Shown: one piece after another, positions 1-10,950 of the stretch | How positions within the stretch are numbered: position 1 is the first letter of the stretch | Layout of the letters: the number at the start of each line of letters is the position of its first letter | The notes under the pieces: model-generated | Told to the model about the DNA's origin: nothing | What the model saw: only the letters and a program-made list of their open reading frames with translations | Databases searched by the model: none | Origin: Candidatus Aenigmatarchaeota archaeon | Lineage (GTDB): Archaea > Aenigmatarchaeota > Aenigmatarchaeia > Aenigmatarchaeales > DAIDAN01 | DNA: 54,558 nt | Direction of reading: 5' to 3' | Assembly: GCA_049303335.1 (NCBI GenBank) | Contig: JBAQNA010000004.1 | Location: 1-54,558 of the forward strand | Made by a program: the position numbers and the translations under genes

Positions 1-126
1 GGTTCTGCCGTCAACGGCAGAACATTTGCAACGCAGAAGAATGAATTGATGTTTCGTGTTTTGGCTTACAACTTCAGCAGGATTGCATCATTTATTTTGC
101 TTTTGACTGAGGAATTCTACTGAGCC
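1..126 (+). mobile_element. 3' end of an IS5-like insertion sequence truncated by the window edge (transposase C-terminal fragment, stop TGA at 121-123)
   Basis: Frame-1 translation is GSAVNGRTFATQKNELMFRVLAYNFSRIASFILLLTEEFY*. The terminal 17 nt aggaattctactgagcc (110-126) matches the right end agggtttctacagagcc of the IS at 15920-16823 in 14/17 positions. Confidence 0.55.
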
Positions 127-199
127 ATATTTTGCAAAAGATATAATAAAAGAGGAACCTAATCCTTCTTTTTACCCATTTGATAGTTATATTATTAAT

Positions 200-811
200 A
201 TGTCATGGGATATCGACGAATATCCGATACTTTATGCAGTTAAGGCAACCCTTCCAGAAAATACTTATCCTAATTTGAACATGACTTATATATCCGGACC
301 ATTTATGGATGTGAAAGGATTATTTATGAGTTATGGTCCTAATGGAAAAAGAGAGCATATAGGAGATTTTTCAGTATTTGGGAACTTAAGAAGACCGGGA
401 GAAGTTGCTTTGTTTAATAATAGATATGCCTTAATTTTTCCTCAGTTACCATTACCTTCCAAAAGTCTATATATTGAGACATTTCCTACAGAAGTTAATG
501 TATCAATTGGATGGGAAAGACCTGCTCTAATCAAGTTTTTATGGATTGTTTCATTCTTTGCTATCATAGCATTTACATTACTTATGTTTTCTAGAAAGAT
601 TGATGTAAAAAATTACATAATATATTCTTTTACTATTTGGGGTTTTCAAGAAGGAATAAATCAGTTCATACCATCTGCAAGACCTTTATACTTTACAGTT
701 TTTGAAATTCCTATTCTTATTCCTTTAATTGTTGTCTCTCTATATGCAATTTATAAAATTCTTTTGCAAATATCGAACTATTACAAGTATAAGAATTATA
801 AAATAAGTTAA
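200..811 (+). CDS. hypothetical membrane protein (C-terminal hydrophobic helices), AT-rich ORFan
   Basis: Intact 203-aa ORF with hydrophobic stretches (WIVSFFAIIAFTLLMF, IPILIPLIVVSLYAIY). No recognisable family. It lies directly next to the IS fragment. Confidence 0.5.
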   Translation: MSWDIDEYPILYAVKATLPENTYPNLNMTYISGPFMDVKGLFMSYGPNGKREHIGDFSVFGNLRRPGEVALFNNRYALIFPQLPLPSKSLYIETFPTEVNVSIGWERPALIKFLWIVSFFAIIAFTLLMFSRKIDVKNYIIYSFTIWGFQEGINQFIPSARPLYFTVFEIPILIPLIVVSLYAIYKILLQISNYYKYKNYKIS

Positions 812-866
812 AAGACTTAGAAAGGTTGATTAGTTTTTTAGAACGGAAATATTGATTTAAAACGCT

Positions 867-3800
867 TTACAACTTCTGTATCACATTGTGCTTCGGCTCG
901 AACAGCATGCCCTCGCTCTTCATCTTCTGAATCATATCGTCAACGCCTTTCAGGCCGTGGTCCTCCGCCTCTGCGATTATGTCCTCCTTCGGAATCTGCT
1001 TGCCGATCCTTTTTTCGAGCGCCTCGATGACGTCAAGCAATATCCTTATCTTGCTCCTCTGCGAGGACGAGGTCCCCTCGGTGCGGTCAACGTCAATCTT
1101 GCCGGTCTCGTAATCGTAGCCGAACTGCTGCAGCGAGACTTTCATTATCCTTATCGCGCGCTCCGCGTCCTGCATCTCGGCTACCGGGCTGAGCCTGACT
1201 TTCGCGGAAGCTTCCGTCATTCTCAACAGCGCCTCGTTCTGCCTTAACGTTATCGCCACGGTATCCTCGCCCTTGTACATTCCCCTCATCGTGACGTAGA
1301 AATTCTTTATCCTCTCGAGCGCCTCCTTTGTCATTTTCGGATGGCAGTTCTGCCTCATGTACGCTATGAACTTCCTCAGGAAATCCTGCGAAATTTCCGG
1401 CTTTCTTATTTCCGGGTTGAGCCTGCTCTCGAGAATGTGCGAAGCTATCTTCTCGTCATTGTCCTTGTCCGGGACGTCGCGCAGCGCAAACTTCAAATCG
1501 AACCTGCTTAACAAAGTGTCGGGTATGTCGGTCTGCTCCATAAGCGGGCGGTAAACGTCGAACCTCGAGAACTTCGGGTTCGCGCCTGCGAGCACGGAAA
1601 CCTGCGCCGGCAAAGTTGCGATTATCGAAGCCTTCGCTATCGAGATGGTCTGCTGCTCGAGCGCCTCGTGCATCGCAATCTGGTCGTCCTTTCCCATCTT
1701 GTCAAACTCGTCTATGGCTATCACGCCCTTGTGACAGAGCACCATCGCGCCCGCCTCAAGAACCCAGCCGCCCATCAACTCCTCGTCGCGAAAAACTGTT
1801 GCAGTCAAGCCCGCTCCGGTATTGTGGCATAAAATACCGCCAAAACCGCTCACAAAGTTTTCCCCTTCCACCGAAAAATCATAAACATAATTCACATCAG
1901 GCTTTTCTTTCAATATTGATTTTATTCTGGCAAATCCCATATCGCTTTCGCAAAGCCTCTTGAACTGCTCATATTCTTTTAGAATATTTCTTCCCTCGTC
2001 GGAAAGCGATACAAACCAGCCATTTCCCGTTCTCTCGGTTTTGAAGAGTTGCTTCTTTGAAGTCATGTATGGGCTTATTTTATCTCCGAACTTCTTCTTC
2101 ATTTCCTTTGTTTGTATTTTATTATTCCCTAAAAACATAAGCCTTTCAAGAAGCATCTTGTTGCTGAGCCTTCCAAGATTTGCGCGCGAATACTTGCTGT
2201 TTATTATTTTTTTGAAGAAATATTTCCTCAAAAGCGGCGGGCATGCTTCTATCGGCACCTTTCTGTAAAGGTTTGAAAATGCTTTGTCAGGATGCGGCGA
2301 TTTCAAATCATATCTCTTTCCTGATGCAGTTATGATTCTGCCTTCTATCCTTCTGATGCCGCTATCTTCCCTTTTGTTGCAAGAGCCTATAACGCCGTCT
2401 CCAAGAAGGAGGTATAAGAATCCCGACATTAGGCCTTTTGACTTTGTCACTCCCTTGTCTCCTTTCATATAAGCGTCTGCAAAAGCTTTCCTGCAGCTCT
2501 CGGAAGAATTGAATATAATATTCGGAATTGTCTTTTCCTTAGCCTTTTTGCCGAAGGCATTTCCAAGAAGATCCTTAAATTTCAAGAAAGGTTCCTTCCC
2601 GTTTATCGTTATTCTTACTGCGTTCTTGCCATGAATGATATAGGAAGCATCTTTTCCAAAAACTTTTCTGGATATTGTCTTGATATCTTGTATTATTTCC
2701 GTTTCATTTTTTCCGAGAGTAAATTCTATTTTATAATAATCTTTTCCATAATGCAAATGCCCTTCAGCTATAAAGTAACCCAACAATCTTGCTGTATCAT
2801 CCCCTATATCTATTGGATTTTCAACAGGCATTATCGCGGGCACAATTGCGAAATCTCCCTCTTTCAAGAGCGATGCCTTTTTGCATGTTATTTTTCCATT
2901 CTCCAATGTAAAGATGCTGTGGTCGTCCGTAACAGTTATTTCCCTTCCCGTATCAAGCTCGAATTTTATCAAGTCATTTTCAATTTTGTGCCTGTAAAAG
3001 CTTTTTATCGGCTTCCATTCGAACTTTAGCGTGGAAAGATTCAGCGATAATGCCTCTATCTTTCTGTCCGGAGGAGAGAATCCATCTTCGCCTTTCTTGT
3101 AAAATTTGTCTGCGAATTCGCCAAACGGGACCATTTTTATTTCATGGCTATTTCTTATTATGACGGGCTCGTCAGCCTTTACAGAAGCGCCTTTCCCGCT
3201 TACATATCTTCCTCTCGGAATAAGTTGCGAAACCATTTTGAGCAATTGCGATTTCGCAACAGCAGGGTCTCCCAAAAGAAGAATATGAATGTCTCCCCTG
3301 ACCCTTGTGCCGTCAAGAAGCTTTTGCTGGACTCCGCCCATCATCTGCAGAAGTATCGCCTCTTTCACTTCTGCCATTCCGTAAATCGAGGGCGCGATTG
3401 AACCGACAATCCTGTTGTAAACGTTCGGGTCCGCAGCCAGCGCCTTTATCGCCTCCACGTCCTTGTTGCTTATGTCCACTTCATCCCATTCTATCTCCGC
3501 GGGCTCCACGTGGTTCGCCTCGACGAAAATGTCGGACTGGACTTTTCTTGCGCCGCCCTTCGTCTTGAGCGTCATCTCTTTTATGATTCCCGTGACCTTT
3601 ATCCTGTTTCCCGGGTCGCACTTCCTCTGCAGCTCCGGAGCCGTGAGGTCTTCCCTCAAATATACGGAAACCTGCCCCGGCTTTTCACCGGACGTAACTT
3701 CGAAAGGCTCCTCGATGACAACCCATCTCGCGTCGAAAAGCTTCTTGTCAATCATCTTGAAGCCGCGCTTGCTCCCGCACATGTCGCATCCGGACGGGTA

Positions 3801-4238
3801 GCGCAGCAATTCTTCAGTCTGCTTCACGGAAATCTTGTTCCCGCACTCGCACTCGAATTCCGCTACGTCGATTTTCGGCTTTACCTCACCGGCTCGCTTA
3901 ACGATGCCGTCAACGCACACAAACTTCCCAATGTGCTCGCTCCGCAGCGAGCGGATTCTTATCATCTGGTGATCCGGAAGATTTTTGAACCTCACGCGAA
4001 AGCTCGCCGCGCCCTCAATCTCCGGAAGCACGATCGCGTCGGAAGCCGCCTTCTCTATCTCGGGCAGCATCGACTCCGGGTCGTTCAAAAGTTTTTCCGC
4101 TATCAGCCTGCAATGGCTGTCAAAAGCGTCAAAATCAACGGTTATGGACTTCTTTCCCAGTTTCGCGGCCGCAAGAATTTCCTTCTCGTAAAACTCCCGG
4201 AAGAACTCCTCGATTTTTTCGCTGTCCATAGAAACCAA
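867..4238 (-). CDS. mcm: MCM replicative helicase, interrupted by an intein
   Basis: N-terminal Zn motif CECGN...CDMCG. Walker A GDPAVAKS. The extein junction GKGA|...|TGAGLTATV restores the conserved MCM GKG-x-x-AGLTA segment. Walker B IDEFDKM and arginine finger SRFDL are present. Confidence 0.95.
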   Translation of the reverse strand: MVSMDSEKIEEFFREFYEKEILAAAKLGKKSITVDFDAFDSHCRLIAEKLLNDPESMLPEIEKAASDAIVLPEIEGAASFRVRFKNLPDHQMIRIRSLRSEHIGKFVCVDGIVKRAGEVKPKIDVAEFECECGNKISVKQTEELLRYPSGCDMCGSKRGFKMIDKKLFDARWVVIEEPFEVTSGEKPGQVSVYLREDLTAPELQRKCDPGNRIKVTGIIKEMTLKTKGGARKVQSDIFVEANHVEPAEIEWDEVDISNKDVEAIKALAADPNVYNRIVGSIAPSIYGMAEVKEAILLQMMGGVQQKLLDGTRVRGDIHILLLGDPAVAKSQLLKMVSQLIPRGRYVSGKGASVKADEPVIIRNSHEIKMVPFGEFADKFYKKGEDGFSPPDRKIEALSLNLSTLKFEWKPIKSFYRHKIENDLIKFELDTGREITVTDDHSIFTLENGKITCKKASLLKEGDFAIVPAIMPVENPIDIGDDTARLLGYFIAEGHLHYGKDYYKIEFTLGKNETEIIQDIKTISRKVFGKDASYIIHGKNAVRITINGKEPFLKFKDLLGNAFGKKAKEKTIPNIIFNSSESCRKAFADAYMKGDKGVTKSKGLMSGFLYLLLGDGVIGSCNKREDSGIRRIEGRIITASGKRYDLKSPHPDKAFSNLYRKVPIEACPPLLRKYFFKKIINSKYSRANLGRLSNKMLLERLMFLGNNKIQTKEMKKKFGDKISPYMTSKKQLFKTERTGNGWFVSLSDEGRNILKEYEQFKRLCESDMGFARIKSILKEKPDVNYVYDFSVEGENFVSGFGGILCHNTGAGLTATVFRDEELMGGWVLEAGAMVLCHKGVIAIDEFDKMGKDDQIAMHEALEQQTISIAKASIIATLPAQVSVLAGANPKFSRFDVYRPLMEQTDIPDTLLSRFDLKFALRDVPDKDNDEKIASHILESRLNPEIRKPEISQDFLRKFIAYMRQNCHPKMTKEALERIKNFYVTMRGMYKGEDTVAITLRQNEALLRMTEASAKVRLSPVAEMQDAERAIRIMKVSLQQFGYDYETGKIDVDRTEGTSSSQRSKIRILLDVIEALEKRIGKQIPKEDIIAEAEDHGLKGVDDMIQKMKSEGMLFEPKHNVIQKL
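1821..3185 (-). other. Intein (455 aa) with LAGLIDADG homing-endonuclease domain inside mcm
   Basis: Starts with Ser (SVKADEPVII, codon at 3183-3185). Block B is TVTDDHS. LAGLIDADG-like motifs are LLGYFIAEGHL and FADAYMKGDKG. Block F/G is VYDFSVEGENFVSGFGGILCHN, followed by +1 Thr (codon 1818-1820). Lengths 351+455+317 = 1123 aa. Confidence 0.85.
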
Positions 4239-4373
4239 GATTAATTATGCAGGCAAAACTATTAAAGGTTTGCGGGGAATCGATTTGTAAAACTTATATA
4301 TTTCTTTGCCAATTTATTTGGAAACCGAAAGTTTCTGCCAAATGATTTAAGCGTAAAACTCGCATATAACACT

Positions 4374-5084
4374 ATGAGAAAGGTTGCAGTTTGCCTGCTG
4401 AGCGGAGGACTGGATTCTTGCGTGGCTGCAACATATGCCAAGACCCAAGGATATAATATTTACACCCTTTCTATTGATTACGGACAGACTTTGAAAAAAG
4501 AGCTGGTTAATGCAAGAAAGATTGCCTGCATTCTGGACGCAGTTGAACACAAAACAATCGAAATCAAGGGATTTAACGAAATCTGTCAATGTGCCATAAC
4601 CGCGCACGCTTCCATTCCCGAAGACCGCGATATTGCAAGAAAGTCCGTTGAAATACCCGCAACTTATCCGCCGTGCCGCGATCCTGCCTTCTTGCTCTTG
4701 GCATGCGCCTGGGCGGAAAGTCTTTTGCTGAAAAACCTGCAAGAAATAAGCGATGCAAAGGTAATCATAGGCACGAACAGATATGACAGCGAAACATACC
4801 CCGACTGCAAGCCGGAAACATACAAAAGATTAAACGAGCTGCTGGAAACTTCTACAAAATCAGGGATTCAGCATAGGAAGTATGTGCAAATAATCGCGCC
4901 TCTTATAGACAAGACCAAAAGCGAAGTTGTAAAATTTGGAATGATGATTGGAGCACCTCTTAACCTGACTTGGTCCTGTTACAAGGGTAAAGAAAAGGCG
5001 TGCGGAAATTGCGACGCATGCAAACTGCGGTTACAGGCTTTCGAAGACGCTGGGCTAAGCGATCCTGTTGAATACGAGTTGTAA
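4374..5084 (+). CDS. queC: 7-cyano-7-deazaguanine synthase (QueC), archaeosine/queuosine precursor pathway
   Basis: PP-loop SGGLDS near the N-terminus. YPDCK motif present. C-terminal Zn motif CYKGKEKACGNCDACKLR. Confidence 0.85.
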   Translation: MRKVAVCLLSGGLDSCVAATYAKTQGYNIYTLSIDYGQTLKKELVNARKIACILDAVEHKTIEIKGFNEICQCAITAHASIPEDRDIARKSVEIPATYPPCRDPAFLLLACAWAESLLLKNLQEISDAKVIIGTNRYDSETYPDCKPETYKRLNELLETSTKSGIQHRKYVQIIAPLIDKTKSEVVKFGMMIGAPLNLTWSCYKGKEKACGNCDACKLRLQAFEDAGLSDPVEYEL

Positions 5085-5181
5085 CAAGCATATGAATACG
5101 AATTTAGCACCGATAATGTTTCCGCGTTCTTTTTTCCAGCATCTATAAATTTCCGCGGCGCCATACTATTTTATAATTGCG

Positions 5182-6180
5182 GTGATTCTTATGGTTGATT
5201 TCTGTCCAAGGTGCAAGAACGAATACCTGCGCATATCGTCGGACGCGGGCATCGAGTGGCTGCTGTGCCCCGGCTGCGGAACGAGAAAGATTGTTTCCAG
5301 AAGCGAGAAGCCGGAAAGCCGGCGCCAGACTGAAGGCAGGCGGGACGCGCCGCTCAAGAATTTTGAGAAGATGATAGGCTTCGCAACAATAGAGGCCGTG
5401 AAGCACTCGAACCCGAACTGCGTGGTGATGCTCAACAGGCCAGGGGAATCCGAGAAGGGAAATTCCGTAATAAGCCTGAAAATAGTCCGCGAGATTGAAA
5501 AGGAAACTTTCATGGACAACAAGACAATAGAAATGGAGCCGATGCCGCTCGGCACGATAGCGCAGATAAGGATGATAATAAGGAAGGCCGTGGACGAGGG
5601 AATGCTGATAAAAGACGACAACATAATCGTCCTTGCGGACGAAACTTTGGGAATCGGCTTTGACGGGCTTTTCCTTTTTTTCAAGATAGACGAGAAGTTC
5701 ATGGAATTGACAACGCGCGAGCTGAAAAAAGAGCTGAAAAAATCCGTGTTCGATTCCGTGATGGAGATTGCGCGCGAGCTCGGCCGCGAGGGAAGGGAAG
5801 GAAGGAAGATCGGAACGGCTTTCATTGTCGGGGACTACGAGAAAGTTCTCGCGAACAGCAGGCAGATGATTCTCAACCCGCTGGAAGGGCATCCGATAGA
5901 AAAGAGGAACATAACGGACGTCGGGCTGAAGGAAACGATAAAGGCGCTCGCGCAGCTTGACGGCGCGTTCGTGGTGGACAACGAGGGATACATCCACGCC
6001 GCGGGAAGATACCTTTCTGCGGACACGGACGGTATTAATTTGCAGGGCTTGGGCTGCCGCCACACTGCCTGCGCCGCGATAACAAAAATATCAGACGCGG
6101 TAGCGGTCGCGGTGAGCGAGTCCGGCGGAATCGTGCGCGTGTTCAAGGGCGGCAACCTGATAAGCGAGGAGAAAGGGTAA
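5182..6180 (+). CDS. diadenylate cyclase (DAC/DisA_N domain, DacZ-like) with N-terminal zinc ribbon
   Basis: C-terminal DGAFVVDNEGYIHAAGRYL...LGCRHTACAAITKISDAVAVAVSESGGIVRVF matches the DGA / (G)xRH(R)A / SE-x-G DAC signature. N-terminus has CPRCKN...CPGCG. An alternative ATG start lies at 5191. Confidence 0.75.
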   Translation: MILMVDFCPRCKNEYLRISSDAGIEWLLCPGCGTRKIVSRSEKPESRRQTEGRRDAPLKNFEKMIGFATIEAVKHSNPNCVVMLNRPGESEKGNSVISLKIVREIEKETFMDNKTIEMEPMPLGTIAQIRMIIRKAVDEGMLIKDDNIIVLADETLGIGFDGLFLFFKIDEKFMELTTRELKKELKKSVFDSVMEIARELGREGREGRKIGTAFIVGDYEKVLANSRQMILNPLEGHPIEKRNITDVGLKETIKALAQLDGAFVVDNEGYIHAAGRYLSADTDGINLQGLGCRHTACAAITKISDAVAVAVSESGGIVRVFKGGNLISEEKG

Positions 6181-6215
6181 TATGCTTTTTATATCCGCCA
6201 TTTCCATTTTAGCAA

Positions 6216-6914
6216 ATGGAAGAGCAAACAAAAGATCCAGAAACAGACAATATCAGGATAAAAGACATTCCCTTGTCGGAAAGACCAAGAGAAAGGCTAA
6301 CGCAGCTTGGTGCCGAGGCTCTCAGTGCACCGGAACTTCTGGCTATCATTCTGAGAACAGGCACAGAAAAAGAGAATGTTATAGAGCTGGCTAACAGGGT
6401 GCTGAAAGAACATGGTTTGAAAACGCTATCCCAAGCAAGCGTGGAAGAATTAAAGAAGATATTCGGGATTGGTGAAGCAAAAGCCTGCCAGATTGTTGCA
6501 TGCTTTGAATTGAATAAGCGTTTGAGCTCTTATCAAGATTCAAAACAGTATATCAAAACCTCCGAAGATGTTGCAAAGCTTTTCATGGAAAGATTCAAAG
6601 ACCTCAAGAAAGAATATTTCAGCATAATCAACCTTACTTCAAAGAACAAAATGATAAACCATCAGACTATTTCCATCGGTGATTTGAACGAGAGCCTTGC
6701 GCATCCCCGCGAAATATTCCACTCGGCAATAAAAAGCTCAGCCTCCCGCGTTATTCTTATCCATAACCATCCTTCCGGCGACCCTTCCCCATCGGAAGCA
6801 GACTTGCAATTAACAGAAAGACTTATGGAAGCAGGCGAGCTTTTGGGAATAACGGTTCTCGATCACGTGATTATCGGCAACGGCAAATGGTGGAGCTGGC
6901 GCGAAAAGAAATGA
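6216..6914 (+). CDS. radC: RadC-like JAB/MPN domain protein (UPF0758)
   Basis: N-terminal LSERPRERL...ELLAIILRTG (HhH part) and the JAMM motif HNHPSGDPSPSEAD. Confidence 0.9.
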   Translation: MEEQTKDPETDNIRIKDIPLSERPRERLTQLGAEALSAPELLAIILRTGTEKENVIELANRVLKEHGLKTLSQASVEELKKIFGIGEAKACQIVACFELNKRLSSYQDSKQYIKTSEDVAKLFMERFKDLKKEYFSIINLTSKNKMINHQTISIGDLNESLAHPREIFHSAIKSSASRVILIHNHPSGDPSPSEADLQLTERLMEAGELLGITVLDHVIIGNGKWWSWREKK

Positions 6915-9900
6915 TTAATTTTCACTCAAATCCTTGCACAATACCTTTGCCTGCTCCAATACGGTTTCAGTTGCTTTTTTCTGCTTGTCCGGTGGATAAC
7001 CGTATTTTCTCAATATTCTTCTTACCATTATCCTCATTTTTGCCTGAACACTTTCCTTTATCGTCCAATCAATGGTCGCGTTTTCATGTATGGTTTTCAC
7101 AAGCTCTTTGGCAATTTTCCTTAAAGCTTCATCCCCTAAAATCTTGACTGCGCTGTCATTTATTTCGAGCGCATCATAAAAGGCGATTTCCTCTTCTGAT
7201 AGGTTTAACTTCTCCCCTCTTTTTTCTTCTTCGCGCATACTATTTGCCAGTTCTATCAGCTCTTCCAAGACCTGCGCGGCTTCTATGTTTCTGTTGGTAT
7301 ACTCCCTGATTGTCTTTTCCAATTTTTCCATGAAAGATTTTCCCTGAATTATGTTTTTCTTAATCTTTATTTTTATTTCATCATTGAGGAGTTTCTTGAG
7401 CATCTCGAAAGCAAGGTTTTTCTGCGGCATTTCCTTTACTTCTTTCAAGAATTCTTCCGAGAGCAGGGAAAGATTAGGTTTCCTGAGCCCGGCTGCCGAG
7501 AATATGTCAACTACCCTGTCAGATACTATTGCTTTGGATAAAATCTGTTTTATTGCAGAATCCAAATCCTCGCGCTCTTTCTCCCCTGCAGTTAAAGTAT
7601 TTTTTGCGATAGCGGACCTTACTGCTTGGAAGAAACCAACATCATCTTTTATCTTCAATGCCTCTTCATGCGGGACCGCAAGCGCGAAAGCCTTTGATAG
7701 TTCAGATACGCGCTTCAGATACCTCTCCTTTCCATCTTTCTGTTTCAGGATATATTCCATGGCTTGCGGAATGATTGCCATCCTTTCTTTTGGCTTCTCT
7801 TTAAAGAATCTTTTATAATCAAAGCCGTGGAAAATTTCAGTTACTATTTCATATTTCTCCTGCATCAGCGCGACAGCTTCCTCTTGCGGAATGCCTGTTT
7901 CTTTCTTGTCAGCTTTCGTGTATTCGGAAAGCGCCTTTTCCAGTTCGTAGCCGATGCCAATGTAATCAACTACCAACCCTCCGGGCTTGTCCTTGAATAC
8001 CCTGTTAACCCTTGCGATTGCTTGCATCAATCCGTGGCTTCTCATCGGCTTGTCAATATACATTGTGTGCAGGCAGGGAGCATCAAATCCCGTGAGCCAC
8101 ATATCTCTGACAATAACCAGCTTAAGAGGGTCGTTCTCGTCTTTCAATCTGTCTCCAATATCTCTCCTTCTTGCTTTGTTTCTTATGTGTTCCTGCCAAT
8201 TTACCGGGTCTGTTGCCGAACCAGTCATGATGACTTTGATAATTCCTTTGTCATCATCCTTGTTATGCCAATCAGGCTTTAATTTTATTATCTCGTTATA
8301 AAGTTCAACGCAAATTCTCCTGCTCATGCAGACAATCATTCCTTTTCCTTCAAGTGTTTCAGTTCGCTTTTCAAAATGCTGGACAATATCATTCGCTATC
8401 CTTCTTATTCTTCCCTCGCTTCCGACAACCTTTTCCAGCCTCGCCCATTTGCTCTTTAGTTTTTCCTTGCTTTTGGATTCTTCCCCTTCAGTTACGTCTT
8501 CAAATTCCTTGTCGATTTTTGGCCTTTCTTCCGGTTTCAGCTCAAGCTTTGCCAATCTGCTTTCATAGTAAATCCTTACGGTTACATTATCTTCCACAGC
8601 CTGCTCGATATCATAGACATCAACATATTTTCCAAATACCGCAGGAGTGCTTCTGTCAGCTTTTTCTATTGGCGTTCCTGTAAAGCCGATGAATGAGGCG
8701 TTTGGCAAAGCATCCCTCATGTGCCTTGCAAAGCCGTCTATGAAATCATACTGGCTTCTGTGCGCCTCATCCGCTATCACTACGATATTTTTTCTTTCAG
8801 AAAGCAAAGGATACTTTTCCCCTTTTTCTTCCGGCAGGAATTTCTGGATTGTTGTAAATATTACCCCTCCGGATGCAACCTTTAGAAGATTTTTCAATTC
8901 GCTTCTTGCAGTTGCCTGCACTGGTTTTTGCCTTAACAATTCATGGCATTTGCTGAACGTATCAAACAGCTGGTCATCCAAATCATTCCTGTCCGTTAGA
9001 ACCACAATAGTCGGGTTGTCAAGTTCCAGAACAATCTTTCCCGTGTAGAAAGCCATTGTAAGGCTTTTTCCCGAGCCTTGCGTATGCCAGACAACTCCCG
9101 CTCGTTTGTCTGATTTTGTGGCTTTGATTGTTGACTGGACCGTGTTGTTTACCGCGTTGTATTGATGGTATGCGGCTATCTTCTTTATCAGTTCCTTGTC
9201 CTGTTCGAAAACAACAAAGTGCCTTGCCAAGTCCAGCAGAGTCTCTTTTGCAAACATGCCCCTTATGATAACTTCCAGCTGTGTCATATTTTTTGCAGGC
9301 TTTTTTCCATTGATTGTTTTCCAAGGCGTGAACCTTTCCCATTTCGAGGAGATTGTTCCCGCCCTTGCTTCCGTTCCATCGCTTATAACCAAAATCTCAT
9401 TATAATTGAACAAGGAAGGTATCTGGAGCTTGTAGGTTTCAAACTGGTTGAATGCTGTTTTTATTGTTGCGCTCTCGTCAGCAGGATTCTTCAATTCTAT
9501 TACTGCCAAAGGCAGTCCATTGATAAAAAGAATTATATCGGGCCTTCTGTTAATCCTGTTTTCTTCAATAGTGAACTGGTTTATTGCAAGAAACTCGTTG
9601 TTTTTCGGATTATCAAAATCAAAAAGCTTTACCGCATCATTCTTTATGCTTCCGTCCTTTCTTTTGTATTCAACATCAACCCCGCTAACAAGCATTTTGT
9701 GAAAGTTATGATTGTTAACAACAAGCTTCTGGCTTTCTATCCTCATAACTTTCTTGACAGCTTCCTCCCTTCCCTCTTTCGGCATATCAGGATTCAGCTT
9801 ATCAATGGCATCTTTCAATCTCTCAACCAAAACAACATCAGAATAGCTATCCCTCTCGGGATTCTTCCCATCAGGCGCGGGCGCAATATCAGGCCCGTAA

Positions 9901-9977
9901 ATTATCTTGTATCCGAGCTCTGTCAGAATATCCAACGCCACCTGTTCAACCTGCGACTCTGTTATTATGTGGGGCAT
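6915..9977 (-). CDS. hsdR: type I restriction enzyme R subunit (HsdR)
   Basis: 1020 aa. Helicase motif [11 protein letters not shown] and motif II (DEAH) ADEAHRSQ. Typical HsdR N-terminal nuclease region ([18 protein letters not shown]). Confidence 0.95.
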   Translation of the reverse strand: MPHIITESQVEQVALDILTELGYKIIYGPDIAPAPDGKNPERDSYSDVVLVERLKDAIDKLNPDMPKEGREEAVKKVMRIESQKLVVNNHNFHKMLVSGVDVEYKRKDGSIKNDAVKLFDFDNPKNNEFLAINQFTIEENRINRRPDIILFINGLPLAVIELKNPADESATIKTAFNQFETYKLQIPSLFNYNEILVISDGTEARAGTISSKWERFTPWKTINGKKPAKNMTQLEVIIRGMFAKETLLDLARHFVVFEQDKELIKKIAAYHQYNAVNNTVQSTIKATKSDKRAGVVWHTQGSGKSLTMAFYTGKIVLELDNPTIVVLTDRNDLDDQLFDTFSKCHELLRQKPVQATARSELKNLLKVASGGVIFTTIQKFLPEEKGEKYPLLSERKNIVVIADEAHRSQYDFIDGFARHMRDALPNASFIGFTGTPIEKADRSTPAVFGKYVDVYDIEQAVEDNVTVRIYYESRLAKLELKPEERPKIDKEFEDVTEGEESKSKEKLKSKWARLEKVVGSEGRIRRIANDIVQHFEKRTETLEGKGMIVCMSRRICVELYNEIIKLKPDWHNKDDDKGIIKVIMTGSATDPVNWQEHIRNKARRRDIGDRLKDENDPLKLVIVRDMWLTGFDAPCLHTMYIDKPMRSHGLMQAIARVNRVFKDKPGGLVVDYIGIGYELEKALSEYTKADKKETGIPQEEAVALMQEKYEIVTEIFHGFDYKRFFKEKPKERMAIIPQAMEYILKQKDGKERYLKRVSELSKAFALAVPHEEALKIKDDVGFFQAVRSAIAKNTLTAGEKEREDLDSAIKQILSKAIVSDRVVDIFSAAGLRKPNLSLLSEEFLKEVKEMPQKNLAFEMLKKLLNDEIKIKIKKNIIQGKSFMEKLEKTIREYTNRNIEAAQVLEELIELANSMREEEKRGEKLNLSEEEIAFYDALEINDSAVKILGDEALRKIAKELVKTIHENATIDWTIKESVQAKMRIMVRRILRKYGYPPDKQKKATETVLEQAKVLCKDLSEN

Positions 9978-9978
9978 A

Positions 9979-10950
9979 CTAATTGCCTATTAGTTCTTTA
10001 AAAGAATTTTCAATTTTTTTGTAAAGCATTTCATAAGTTATTATATTTAGATTGTGATATGCATGTCTTTCTAGATTGAGTTTATCTTGAACTATTTCGT
10101 TTTTAAGTTCATCATCAGATCCTATGATTACAACCAATTTAGAATTATAGATATGGTTTTTTAGATTGTGTTCTTTCTTATCATCACAATGATCAATTAG
10201 CCATTTCTTATAAACAAGAATCTGTTCTATAGCCTTAGTTAAAGTAGATGTTTTAACGAAGCTTTTTAACTGATCATAATATTTATTTTTTGTATTTATT
10301 TTTCCAGAAAATAATTTTGCTCTTGGACTCTTCAATTCCCATAATTCATATTCACCATACTCATTCAGAATTAAGAAGTCAAGTCTGTTTTGTGAACCAG
10401 CTTTAAATTCGTTATGATAATCTAAATATGGTAAAAGTCCTTTTTCTTTGATATATTTGTGTATTATTCTTTCCTTTTCTTTATTGCTTATTTTCTTCTT
10501 TAATTCTCCTAATGTTAGTTTTATCTCTTCTTTCCTCTTTTCTAATTTTGATTTAATTTCTACAAACTGAGGTTGTCTAAACAATTGAGGTTGTCTAAAC
10601 TTATCTGCAATCTCATCTACTTTTGATTTTAGCCTAGAATAATTAATCATATAATTATTGCCAAGAACTACAGAGTGAAAAGAATATCCTATTGGTGTTG
10701 AAAAACCTAACATGCCAGAAAAGCCTCCTCCACTGAGCACACCTTCTGATTCTAGTTCTTTTAATATTTTGCTTATTTCTGATTCTGTAAGCTTATCAAG
10801 AAAAGTTTTATTTTTATTTAGTTCATTCAATATTTCTTGCGTACTTATTACTTCATTAATTTTGAAATGATTCTCTTCAAGTTTGTTAAGCAAAATAGCT
10901 AATATTTTCAATAAAAGTTCTTTCTGCTTATCTTCAGGATAGTATATCAT
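9979..10950 (-). CDS. Shedu-like (DUF4263-type) PD-(D/E)xK nuclease-domain protein embedded between hsdS and hsdR
   Basis: C-terminal half has [22 protein letters not shown] (D...ExK), [24 protein letters not shown] and [10 protein letters not shown]. These follow the same order as in the ORF at 13045-14031. It is strongly AT-rich. It overlaps hsdS by 4 nt and ends 1 nt before the hsdR start. Confidence 0.6.
   Translation of the reverse strand: MIYYPEDKQKELLLKILAILLNKLEENHFKINEVISTQEILNELNKNKTFLDKLTESEISKILKELESEGVLSGGGFSGMLGFSTPIGYSFHSVVLGNNYMINYSRLKSKVDEIADKFRQPQLFRQPQFVEIKSKLEKRKEEIKLTLGELKKKISNKEKERIIHKYIKEKGLLPYLDYHNEFKAGSQNRLDFLILNEYGEYELWELKSPRAKLFSGKINTKNKYYDQLKSFVKTSTLTKAIEQILVYKKWLIDHCDDKKEHNLKNHIYNSKLVVIIGSDDELKNEIVQDKLNLERHAYHNLNIITYEMLYKKIENSFKELIGN

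Noticed and set aside
888-4244. Plus-strand ORFs overlapping mcm (888-1247, 1616-1963, 2631-3029, 3510-4244 and others)
   Set aside because: They are antisense to a gene with unambiguous MCM and intein motifs along its whole length. Their translations are low-complexity (Arg/Ser/Leu/Pro-rich) with no motifs, so they are shadow ORFs.
5143-6155. Minus-strand ORFs 5143-6063, 5166-5825 and 5835-6155
   Set aside because: They are antisense to the DAC-domain gene, and the composition-driven open frames carry no recognisable motifs.
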